From assembly GCF_018350175.1 (NCBI RefSeq), contig NC_058368.1:17424001-17488000 (forward strand): DNA of 64,000 bases. The letters run 5' to 3'. This DNA is from Felis catus. Its lineage: Eukaryota. Positions within the stretch are counted from its first letter, which is position 1, and every line of letters starts with the position of its first letter. Both the position numbers and the translations under genes were made by a program. Below the pieces are notes generated by a model. The model had not been told where the DNA came from, ran no database searches, and worked only from the letters and a program-made list of their open reading frames with translations. This document shows positions 1 through 11,063 of this stretch, piece by piece.

Positions 1-24
1 AGTCACAGAGTCTCTGGTGAGGAT
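1..24 (-). CDS. STOML3: STOML3 exon 5, partial (ILTRDSVT...), runs off the window edge
   Basis: Pyrimidine tract plus CAG acceptor (AG at 25-26). ILTRDSVT continues the PPQE motif. Confidence 0.9.
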
Positions 25-1029
25 CTGGAGGGCAAGAACAGGGAAAAGCACGCGTTTACTACGACTTGCACAGCGACTCACAAAGTGCCAGCCAGCCTAA
101 GAGCCCTCTCCACCGGAGGAGAGCGTTAATGATTACGGCTCGTGCCAGCATCACCCAAAATCCGCCCTGGCTTGAGTACAACATCATCGTAGTTGGCGAC
201 AAAAATTCCTATACGTTTGTAGTCCGTCCCCAGCCCCGTAACTTCACCTCGGGGAAGTCTTACACCCCGAGGCCCTTGATTTGCGCTGGTGAGAATCAGC
301 ACTTGTATTTTGCAACGTAGCAAGAGCACCTCTCTGGAATTCTACCCTCTAAACACAGGTAGAACGCTTGTCTCCCTGATGCCTGAAAACTTTTTGGTTT
401 TCAGTTTTTATCACATTTGACGAACAGCAGTGCTTCTTAGAAAACATAGATGTCACCGGAGACCGCGTTCTGCATTCAGACAGAGAGGATGTTCTATAGT
501 CTATATTTTACAGAGGCTCTGCCTTAATCGTTCTGAGTGAGGTGACAAGGGTCTCTGCAGCCACTGAGAGATCTCTGGCACAGGAGCAGAACTTAGGCCT
601 CCCCTCTCCCATCTAGAACTGTTGATGGAAAGGCCCACGATAAGTCGCAAGGCATCCCAAACGCGCTCTCATGACACAGGCCGAATCCCAAAGAAAGGAC
701 TCTTCAGTTCCCACCAGTGGCATGGTGAGAGGATTGCTGGGTCTGGACCGAGTTTCCTGGGCCAGAGAAAACTAACGTTGACTCATAACCCTCTCATCAC
801 CTCTGCCCTCCCACACTGTAGGTCCCACTCCCATTTTCTTTCCTCTTCGTGAATCCTTCTGGTTATCAGTAACTCTGTTTCTCCTCCCTTTTCGCCCAGT
901 TACTGGTCTTGGATATTTATTTACGGTGCTTTAAGAACTGAAAATAGTTATTTGAAATCCAAATGCCAGTGGGCTCTGTGCAATGTCTGTTCTTTCCCCA
1001 GGCCCAGCCACTGTGCTGTATCCACTCAC

Positions 1030-1112
1030 TATATATATATATAGATATATATATAGATATATATATAGATATATATATAGATATATATATAGATATATAT
1101 ATAGATATATAT
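1030..1112. repeat. Tandem repeat of ATATATATATAG (12-bp unit, ~6-7 copies)
   Basis: Read directly from the sequence. Confidence 0.95.
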
Positions 1113-1493
1113 CACCTTCTGGAAAGATGACAGCAAGGATAATATCATAACCAAACCCTGCCCTCCACCAAATTAAATTTAGCTCCTTTATACAACTTAC
1201 CTGACTCTTCCGAGCATCTTGTCTATTGTTCCCCACCCCAGATTCTCTGCCAACTGTACCTTTTCTCTCTGTCCTCTGGCACTTTCCCCTCCTAGCCATT
1301 CCAAGGCTTAGAGCAATCCAACCCTTGCCCTTGGCTTTATTCTCAAAGCAAAGCCCAGTGGTTTTAGGACCCACCCACGGCTTCTCAAGCAGGCCTCCTA
1401 TAGTTTGAAAACGAACTGTAAAATGTCAACTGGCCATGTAATGGGGAAGATACAGGTTTTAGTTCTAGTTGATTTAGCTTTAACCAGCGTTAC

Positions 1494-1576
1494 CTCTTGT
1501 GGAGGAATGTTGCAGGTAACAGTTCGGAGATCAACTTTGACAAACACATCGATGCAGGGCAGGACCAGGATCAAGC
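1494..1576 (-). CDS. STOML3: STOML3 exon 4 (GLILVLPCIDVFVKVDLRTVTCNIPPQE)
   Basis: AG/GT boundaries, 83 nt. SPFH motifs LPCID and VDLRT; phases consistent. Confidence 0.96.
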
Positions 1577-1685
1577 CTAAGAAAATGAAAATATAGCTTA
1601 AAATCTTACCTTATGGTAAAGAACTGCAACAAATCATATCCCAGTTATGTGATACATTATTTTTAAGGATTTCTGTTTTAGTTTA

Positions 1686-2036
1686 TTTATGTATTTTGAG
1701 AGGGAGACAGAGAGAGAGAGGGAAAGAGCATGCTTGTGATCAGGGGAGGGTAAGCGAGAGGGAGAGAGATTCCCAAGAGGCTCTGCATTGTCAGCACTGA
1801 GCCTGACCTGGGGCTCCAGCTCGTGAACTGCGAGATCATGACCATGAGATCATGACCTGAGCCGAAATCAAGAGTTGGACGTTTAACCGATTAAGCCACC
1901 CGGGTGCCCTACAAGTGTCTTGACCCAAATACACCTCTAGGACAATGCTAGGCAGTGTGTTGGTTGGTTAGAGGGCCTCCTGATACGGCTAATATCCTTT
2001 ACATGTAACTTAATCCGCACAACTAGTTATTATTGT
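1686..2036 (-). repeat. Inverted duplicate of 10305-10655 (SINE plus ~125 bp of its 5' flank)
   Basis: Hand alignment: 351 bp, 9 mismatches, no gaps. Confidence 0.95.
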
Positions 2037-2037
2037 T

Positions 2038-2219
2038 AGGTTAGAGAGGGAGGGAACCAAACCATAAGAGACTCTTAAAAACTGAGAATAAACTGAGGGT
2101 TGATAGGGGATGGGAAGGAGGGGAAAGTGGATGATGGGCATTGAGGAGGGCACCTATTGGGATGAGCACTGGGTGTTGTATGGAAACCAATGTGACAATA
2201 AATTTCATATAAAAAAAAA
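2038..2219 (+). mobile_element. 5'-truncated felid/carnivore L1 3' end with poly-A
   Basis: Carnivore L1 3'UTR motif GATGAGCACTGGGTGTTGTATGGAAACCAA...AATAAATTTCATAT followed by an A tail. Confidence 0.85.
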
Positions 2220-3717
2220 GAATTGGCAAAACTTATTATTAATACTTGCATTATTAAAGCATAATGGACAACTTACAAAAGTGAAGAGGTTTTCCATTAG
2301 CAATTTGGCTTGTTTCCCTCTAGTTCTTATGGCTTTCTGAGGTAACTCATTAGCCCCAGAGACACGTATGACGAGAGTAGTTATCCTGGGACATCTGGTG
2401 GTGAAATCTTCTGGGAAAACTCATTTAAGAGAGATACAGTTTTCTCTAGAGTCCTCCAAGTTATCCAACTTTACCCTGCTTATACATTTGGCCGCACCAA
2501 ATGCAACATAACCAACAAGGGGTCAACCTTGGTCTGATACACCTGAGTTGGATGAGTCTAACACTTCTATTTGGACAAACTCATGAGACCATCCATCATA
2601 AATAATTCTTGCATTCTTTCTCTTAGGTCCTTTACAGAGTTACACAAGTAGGATTATACTACTTGAAATGACCAACTGTCTTTAGCAAGCTTCTGCTTTT
2701 GAAATTTCTTATATTTTTTTATGCAACAGGTATCTGAGTGCCTACCATGGTGCATTGTCAAGTGCAGAGCACTTGCAGTATCACGGTGGATAGGAGAGTT
2801 CCTGCCCCCCAGAGGGGTTATAGTCCAGCTGGACAGAGAACGTGTTTACTCACATACATCATAACAAGGAGAAGGAAACAAATGTTATTAGAGAGGTATT
2901 GCAGATAACCCGTCTTTTTCATGTATCCTCTAGGATGCTATTTTTGGTGACCTCTTTTTTCAAAATGTTAGAATTTATCCTATGAAATTGTCATGTTTGA
3001 GAGTCAAAAACAAATATTAGCCACTTCATATAGTTCAACTACATGTAGACCAAGAGAAGTTACGAGAATTAAATCAATATCTAACTTCTAGAGTTTTAGT
3101 ACCTCAGACCTTCTCATGCCCCTTCTCCCAAACCCCATCCTTTTACAACATGAATTTAGAACACTCTTCATTGTACGAGAAAAGATGAAAAGAAATACTA
3201 CCTTTGGCCAAAGGAGTTGTACAATGGCTTCCAGCTCTATATTTCTATTAATCTACTGCCAGAAGAGGAAATTGCCTTTTACTTTTCCATTAGCTCTTTT
3301 CGAAGACTGAGAATCAAAAACCAGCTCCTGGAATATTCTTCCTGAGTAATTTAATCATCTACCTTGGCCATTTACTCCCTCCCCTCATTCTTCTGTCACT
3401 CCTTTAGTGGTCTCGGTAATAAGTGACATCCAGCCAACGTAACAGAGCCACTGTTTGCTCAGGTTCATTGAATCTCTCGGAGGGAAATGTTAAGAGACAG
3501 AACCAGATTTCCAAACTCTCAAACTAATGGTTTAGTGGTCATTCATATTAACTTGCATAACAGAACCACATCCTTCAATTATACAGAGAGGCAAGGGTTC
3601 CAGCTTCCTGTGATTTTTTTTTTCTTCTCAGTAGAAGGTGCCGGGAAAAGTTTTGGTGGCAATAGTCATAGTATTAGGTGCCCCTGATCCTTGTCAGGGG
3701 CACCCACAGTGTCCTAC

Positions 3718-3790
3718 CTGGCCCTCTGGCTTTGTCAGCTTGGATGCGTCCCAGTCGGAATACAACAGCACGTTCATACTCCTTAATGAT
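3718..3790 (-). CDS. STOML3: STOML3 exon 3 (IIKEYERAVVFRLGRIQADKARGP-G)
   Basis: AG/GT boundaries, 73 nt. EYERAVVFRLGR is the start of the SPFH/band-7 domain. Preceded by a 79-bp intron. Confidence 0.96.
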
Positions 3791-3869
3791 CTAAGAGATT
3801 AAGGGAGAGCATTTAGTCTTAATGGTTCATCAGCTCATACAGAGTCCAATTTATTTCCCAGGGTATTAC

Positions 3870-3973
3870 CTTCAAGCACATCCATATGGAGATGGGGAAG
3901 GTAATGATCATCAACAGGACAGAAAGGGAGAACAGGATCCAGCCACAGACACCAAGCCGTTTACTGCTGATGC
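3870..3973 (-). CDS. STOML3: STOML3 exon 2 (GISSKRLGVCGWILFSLSVLLMIITFPISIWMCLK), stomatin hydrophobic hairpin
   Basis: AG/GT boundaries, 104 nt. Typical stomatin-family membrane segment containing FP. Confidence 0.95.
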
Positions 3974-4123
3974 CTAGAAAATGAGGAGGAAGCAAGCCTG
4001 TAATTTATGTGGTTCTTAGAAAAAGCCATTCAGCTGCATGAGTAAGGATACTACCCAGATGGCTGGCCATGCCTGATGGCACTGAGGCGGAGATCTAAAT
4101 CCATGCACACCTACAAATGCAGT

Positions 4124-4125
<2 letters not shown>

Positions 4126-4163
<38 letters not shown>
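4126..4163. repeat. (CA)n microsatellite
   Basis: Read directly from the sequence. Confidence 0.95.
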
Positions 4164-4165
<2 letters not shown>

Positions 4166-5763
4166 TTCACTCAGGGCTTTAGACTGAAATTGACCTGTCC
4201 CTTCCAAGCAAACTCTCATAGCAATCAGTAATAATAACTACCATTCTATTTGGTAGGATTGACATGGTTTATAATCCTCAAAACATATAAAACACGGTTG
4301 CCCAGAGTATGGACTACCTACATCAGAATCACTAGGGTACCATTTTAAAAGACAACTTCCTTTGCCCCCAGGGTTCTCCAGGTTGAAATTCAAGACAATC
4401 TTTTAGGGAGACAGGTAGGTATCATTACCCCCAAAGGGAGACAGTGTGGCAGGAAAACCATTTTGAAGAGCCCAAGGTATGAGTTTCTACGAGAGATCTC
4501 TCACCTTCCGGTGCTGAGGTCTTAGGCAAGGCACTCAATCTTTCTAAGCCTCCACTTCCTCATCTATAGGCTGGGGATGGCAGTCAACTAGCTTGAAGGA
4601 TTTGATGAGGACTAAATGAAACAATTCTTATCTGGCACTTGACCCATACATTAACATCTACATTAGTAAATATATATTATTACTCTTATTCTCATTTTAC
4701 AGATATTACAGGGACTTGTCAGCCACTGGTATTTGACATTTCTGACTTTTCACAGAATCTTGTTACACTGACTCATTACATTGGATGTCTTTTTGCTAAT
4801 CCCACGTTATGATAACAGGGCCATTTTGGCTTAAAGACTATGGCCCTACAACGCTAACTTCAAATCAGACTCCAATCTCTTAAAACTTGGTAGCTTTCAC
4901 CACTTCAATTACATAATTTCTCAGGTTTTCGAGCTCATGTTTGTAAGACCCACAGGTCTGGCTGACCCTGTATGCTTATTTTATTGTTTATATTCACTAT
5001 TGCACCCTCTTTTTCATTCTCATTCCTTCTCCCTCTCCTCTTCTTGACGACCGCCCCACCTCACCCCACACTTCCTCCAACTGAGTCCTATTCTCCACAC
5101 AAGCACCCGAATTAACTGCACATACTAGATGCCTTCCCCCAGATAATTCCACAAACAACATGCACTATCTCTAGCTCCATTAATGCCTAAACCATGCACC
5201 TTATTGTCCACGTTAGAGACACAGGGTTATCGCTGCCCCTTCCCTGTTCAGCCGTGGAAGTCACTAGGTCTAACTGATGCCACCTCAAAAGCATCCTCAC
5301 TTATCCACTTTACTGTTACTGGCTCGTCAGTGCCCACGCCAGAAGCGTATGAACATTCAGGAGAGTTCTAGGATTTCGCGCTTACAAACAATCTTGTGAT
5401 GAGTGCTTTCTAATATGTGTTTTTACACACTTTATGTAGGGTAAATGCCTGGCAGTGAAAGCGTTAGGTCAAAGAGATGAGTATTTACAATTTTGTTAAG
5501 CGGTAAGTGCCCTTCAAAGACTTCAGACCACCCCACACTGTCATCAATGGCACACTGTGACACCGTGGCTATTTCCACATGCTTCTCCTCACCAGATATT
5601 TTGAGTCTTCTCAATTATGACATTCCGACAGATGAGAAGCATCTAAGTTTTAGACACATATTTAGTATTAAAAACTTGGGGCAAATGCCCTTTAATAGGC
5701 TCTAGACACATATAAAGATATACTCAATAGCAATAACGGCTGGCCTGCATACCCAAAGTTTAC

Positions 5764-5880
5764 CCAGGCTCTGAGCTGTCAGCACAGAGACCCACGCGGG
5801 GCTCGAACTCACGGACTGTGAGATCATGACCTGAGCTGAAGTCGGATCGGACACTTAACCAACTGAGCCACCCAGGAGCC
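5764..5880 (-). mobile_element. Carnivore SINE, 3'-truncated (tailless), with 12-bp flanking direct repeat
   Basis: tRNA-derived head only; CCCAAAGTTTAC on both sides. Confidence 0.85.
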
Positions 5881-6240
5881 CCCAAAGTTTACATTTTTAA
5901 AATATCACCTTCCAAAGCCTCGGACCACACTGAAGTGGATTCGACTATCATTATGCAGGCTAAAAAGACATTTTGTACATTCTAATAGAATCTTTGCTGC
6001 ATTTTGCTTATTAGCGCTTTTTAAACTATTATTGACACAGCCTGTTTATAAACATTCTCATTGTAAAAAAAAAAAAAAAATCCAAAGCAACATGGATAAA
6101 ACCAAAGTCCCCCTGACCGTCCTCCCCTTAGTCCACTTTTATCTAGAATGGTCCCATAGTTGTTGATTTGGTGCGTTTCATTATAGACCGATTCAATGTA
6201 TTTATATACATGTAACTATCATTAGAAAACATTTGGCTTC

Positions 6241-6456
6241 GGGGCCACTGGGTGGCTCAGTCAGTTAAGCATCCAACTTCAGATCAGGTCATGATCTCAC
6301 AGTTCATGAGTTCAAGTCTGGCATTGGGCTCTGGGCTGACAGCTCAGAGCCTGGAGCCTGCTGCAGATTTTGTGTGTCTCTCTCTCTGCCCCTCCCCTGC
6401 TTGTGCTCTCTCTCTCTCTCTCTCTTTCTCAAAAATAAATAAACAAGCATTAAAAA
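6241..6456 (+). mobile_element. Carnivore SINE (SINEC_Fc-like)
   Basis: tRNA-derived head, (CT)n tract, A-rich tail. Confidence 0.9.
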
Positions 6457-8469
6457 TGCTTACATTTGTAGATTTGGTGAGCTGTGGCACCACACTAAAC
6501 TCCGTTTTTAAAAACCGAACGTATCTTAGAGATGCTTCATGTCAGCACGTGCAGATCGACCTCATTCTTCGTAATTACCGCACACTGTCCCCCCCTCCCC
6601 CCCCCCCCGCCCCCGAACCCGTGCTCGTACACGTTCTCTCGGGGACAAGTTGCACTTCCCTGGAATCTCGGTGACGGTCGTTGCTATTCAGGCCCCTTGG
6701 GGTGTCCCGGGGCTGTGACTCCAGCAGGGCAAGGCACACAGGCAGCTGGGCTCCAACAAGGACACCAGCTACACTCTGTGCCCTGAGGGAGCGCTAGACG
6801 TTTCCAGACCAGCTACGCTCTGAACACCACGCTGCGTGAGCAAGTGTCTGCGGCGGAGAACCAGGCCCATCCCCCCCAACCGTCGGCATGCCTCCGGAGC
6901 CCCATCAAGCCCTTGCCTCACCAGCTGCCAGTGAGGCTCTGTTAGGTACTAAACGTGCTGAGAGACACAACAGATGAGAGTGTGATTAATCTGCCCAGAT
7001 TTACCCTTGAGCATTAGCATCCCCCAGGCCACTACCGCTGGGAGAATTGCGGAGCCCGGGGGTGTCATTAGCCGTCCTTAAAGTGGGGCTGGGAGCACAG
7101 TTACCCAGCTTCCCTGCAGGCCCAGCAGCCAGCCTGGCCAGCCAGCTGTACAGGCTTTGAGCAGAGGCGATCTTCCAGCCTCCCCTTCACAGAGAACCCA
7201 CGAAGCAAGTGTTGGGAAGCGGGACCCAGGCTCCCCATTCTGACTGAGAAGATGGGCAGGGATTGCGTTACCAAGGATCTTCAAGAACCTCCACCTTGCC
7301 TCCATTGCAACCTCCACAAGGTTGCTGCAGGAGCCTTCCTGATGGAAGGAAAAGGCCCCATACAACCTGGGCATTAACCCGCTAAGCTCGCGGCACGCCT
7401 AATTCTCTCCCGCTTCCTCCAAATCCACGGAGGTGTCTTTTCTGTAATTGTCACAATATCACATGGCCATCCTCGTACGCCCACTGCCCCGCAGAGAACT
7501 GCGTTTTGCCACCCCCAACAAATTCCTCTCGATTTCTCATCCCTCCGTTGAGCAGTATTTTCCCAGTTCTAGACCAGGCATCATGCCCGAGGATACAAAG
7601 GAGGAGAAGATGGGGAACTTGCCAGCAAGGGTTCATGTCTGCAGGAGAGAGACAGGAGAGACAAGTCACAGGGTCGGGTTTTTGCTGTGCTGCCTTGTAG
7701 GAAATGTCCCCCTGGCAATGTAAGTGGCGATTCCCTCCTGTATGTGGCTGTGACAAAGAACAGCAGTATGTTCAGTCACTACACTTCCTTCGAGCTGGAA
7801 AGAGAAAGGCAGAGCCGTGACGCACAGAACCCGAGACCCTGCACTGCTGACCCTGGGGGGAAGGACCCCGGGACTTCAGTTGGAAGGACTTCAGGGATAA
7901 CGGAGGCCCAGCCTTCATTTTGCAGCCCGAAAACTTCCTGGTTAGTGGTGTCATCATCATCTTAATCTCTTTTTAGGCAAACTGGGACCCACACGTCTCC
8001 CAAACAGACAGTAATTCCTGTGTGCCTTTAATGATTTAGGCAATGAGGCAAAACGGAGCCTCACTTACAGAGGCATGCCTCCGGGGCTTTGTTTCTGCAT
8101 TTAGCCCCGGCCTGTAGCACCAGAGGAAACTTACATAACCTTTAGGACTAGGGGTAAACGCTTAAAGCAAGATTGATAACTTACTTGGGTGAGGCCAGGA
8201 AGTAAGGGAGATTATTCCAAATCCCCACTTATATGGCACTCGAAGTAGAAACGAATTTTAGTAAAGCAGGCGAGGTGACTTGGTTGCTTATTTCTTACTT
8301 TGGCTCGGTCAATAGTATTTAAATATCAGGTCAATACTACCTACGACCTTTGCCCGCAGATCCGTGTTACTACAAAACAGTTATTTCTTCTCTAAGCAGA
8401 AATAGCTGTTTGGGTTTTTGTGACATTGTTTCAAAACACCAGGACAGAAGGACATACACTACACATCAG

Positions 8470-9210
8470 GAAAATGAAAAGCAAAACCACAATGAGATAA
8501 TAATACACCGCTTCCAGAGAGGCAAGTGTTAAGGACAGACAATACCACATTGTGGCAAGGTTGTGCGCAGCGAACCCCCAGGTATGCAAATTGACACGAT
8601 CAGCTTGAAAAACTATTTGAAAATATCTACTAAAGTTAAACACACTGGCTCTATGACTCAGTCTTCAACTTCTAAGTAATACTTAAGAGAAATGAGAGGT
8701 AATGACAGTGAAAACACGTTCAAGAATGGTCACTGCAATTTTATTCATAAAATTCAAGAAATGTAGAACCACCCTAACCCATCAATAGTAAAAATGAATA
8801 AATAAAATTGTGGCATACTCATATAAAGGAGTACTACCCAGAAAGAAAAAAAGACAAAGCTACCACCATATGCAAAATACAGATGAATCTCAAAACAAAA
8901 TATTGAGCAAAATAAGCCGGACCCAAGAGGGCATGTGTTTTGATCCCATGTGTAATATACTTATTATATTATACTTATATATATTCTTACCCTATGTATA
9001 GGAATATATACTGTAAGATCTCACTTATTTTGCATCATCTCATTCAAAAACAAGCAAAACTAATGTATTAGGTTTGAATTCAGAGTAGTAGCTGTCTCTA
9101 ATTAATGGGGTTGGGTATTTTCTGGGAAGGGATGAGGAAACTTTCTAGGTGCTGTTATTCTCCATATCTCGATCAGGGTGGTGATCGCAGAGACTTACAC
9201 ATATCAAGGC
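8470..9210 (+). mobile_element. Old L1 3' region (L1M-type), degraded
   Basis: Resembles L1 ORF2 C-terminal and 3'UTR sequence (AAAACCACAATGAGATA; ATGAATCTCAAAA...TTGAG). The tail appears to resume near 9756 after an inserted element. Confidence 0.6.
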
Positions 9211-9755
9211 TGTGGAAATACACAAAGACCAGTCAAATGAGAACAGCAAAGTTTCTTTATCCAGAGCCTTGCTATCTGGCACAAGAGTCAGCCTCTGTCA
9301 CTTGAGTTTTGTCAGAGACTGAAAGGCGGACAGAGGAGTCGGGGGGCTTCATGGTGGAAAAGGGGGAAGGCTTCACGCGACTGGAGGCTGTTGGCATGGG
9401 GAAGCTATAGCTGGGCTCCCTGGAAGCTGGGCATCCCCTGTGATTGGGTAAAGGAGCAGACTTGGCTTTCGTTAGTTGGTCCTAAGTTGGAGGCAGGGAC
9501 AAAAAGTAGAGAAGCTGTCAGTTATTTAGGCCCTTTGGTACTGATAGTTACAGAAGTTACTGTTTAGCTTCCTGAGTTGTCACTAGAGATAATCTAGTTT
9601 CTTGCAAGACTGACTTCCTGACAGGCTGGCTTCCTGGGCTCGTTCTTACAGACAAAGGGGGTTGTTTTGGGGGACAGGCGGCTACAGGCTGTTCCTCAGA
9701 GTTCTATTTTTATATATGGTCCAGCCATTGTCTGTTTGTCTATTCAGTCTCTCCA
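9211..9755 (-). mobile_element. Probable solo ERV LTR inserted in the L1
   Basis: TG...CA termini, abrupt change in composition, interrupts the L1 tail. Family not determined. Confidence 0.5.
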
Positions 9756-9820
9756 GATAAACACTTAAGACTTGTGCACTTATGTGTATGTATCTCACAC
9801 TTCAATAAATAGTTCAAACA

Positions 9821-10042
9821 GGGGTGCCTGGGTGGCTCAGTCGGTCAAGCGTCTGACTTCGGCTCAGGTCATGATCTCGAGGTCCGTGAGTTCGAGCCCC
9901 TTGTCGGGCTCTGTGCTGACAGCTCGAAGCCTGGAGCCTGCTTCGGATTCTGCGTCTCCCTCTCTCTCTGCCCCTCCCCCGCTCACACTCTATTTCTCAA
10001 AAATAAATAAATATTAAAAATCGATCAATCAATCAAATAAAA
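9821..10042 (+). mobile_element. Carnivore SINE (SINEC_Fc-like)
   Basis: GGGGTGCCTGGGTGGCTCAG head, CT tract, A tail. Confidence 0.9.
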
Positions 10043-10430
10043 ACCAGAGGATATAAGGTCAGGCTAGTATTGAGGATGGAAAACTCACTGCTTACTCTGC
10101 ATTCTCAGAGAGAGGACAGACAGAATGGGAAACCTTCAGCAAAGCCAGCCTGTGGACAGATGGACACAGTGCCCGGCCCCGATGAGCAGTGGAGGCCCTG
10201 AGTCATTCACCACACATTCTAATTGAGACGCCTTCACGTGAAAGTTGGATGACATCCTACTCACCACGCAAGCCACTTAAGTCTTAGTTTCCTCCTCTGT
10301 TAACACAATAATAACTAGTTGCGCGGATTAGGTTACATGTAAAGGATATTAGCCGTATCAGGAGGCCCTCTAACCAACCAACACGCTGCCTAGCATTGTC
10401 CTAGAGGTGTATTTGGGTCAAGACACTTGT

Positions 10431-10672
10431 AGGGCACCTGGGTGGCTTAATTGGTTAAAAGTCCAACTCTTGATTTCGGCTCAGGTCATGATCTCATGGT
10501 CATGATCTTGCTGTTCATGAGCTGGAGCCCCAGGTCAGGCTCAGTGCTGACAATGCAGAGCCTCTTGGGAATCTCTCTCCCTCTCGCTTACCCTCCCCTG
10601 ATCACAAGCATGCTCTTTCCCTCTCTCTCTCTGTCTCCCTCTCAAAATACATAAACTTAAAAAAAAAAAAAA
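10431..10672 (+). mobile_element. Carnivore SINE with an internal 14-bp duplication; donor of the inverted copy
   Basis: SINE head and tail; AAGACACT on both flanks (TSD remnant). Confidence 0.9.
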
Positions 10673-10819
10673 GACACTCTTAACATTTCCATCAGATTGA
10701 CTAAACATTAAACAGAGTTTTATAGATTCTTGGCCCCTAGAATCTCTGTTTTCTTAGAGCATTTTCTTTAGAAACACTTATGGTAAGTTCTTTCTCTGCC
10801 CCTTCAAGACATAAATCTT

Positions 10820-11063
10820 CTTTTTTTTTTTTTTTTATGTTTGTATGTTTGTTTGTTTGCTTGTTTTGAGAGAGAGAGATCAGTGGAGGGACAGAGAGAC
10901 AGGGAGACAGAGAATCCGGAGCAGGCTCTGTGCTGACAGCACAGAGCTTGACACGGGGCTTGAACCCACAAGCCCCCTGTGAGATCATGACCTAAGCCCA
11001 GATCATGACCTGAGCCGAAATCAAGAGTCTGACACTTAACCAACTGAGCCAACCAGGCACCCC
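10820..11063 (-). mobile_element. Carnivore SINE
   Basis: TSD AAGACATAAATCTT; sits inside an LTR-like stretch (~10700-11445). Confidence 0.9.

Noticed and set aside
931..1374. ORFs with YLYI/YIYI repeats here and at 58847-59542
   Set aside because: Produced by AT-rich microsatellites.
6252..6674. Recurrent MAQSV.../MISR... ORFs here and at 9772, 15375, 16316, 17995, 21439, 42234, 46187, 53746
   Set aside because: Translations of carnivore SINEs, not a gene family.
9821..9900. tRNA-like A/B-box sequence in SINE heads
   Set aside because: tRNA-derived SINE heads followed by CT tracts and A tails; not tRNA genes.
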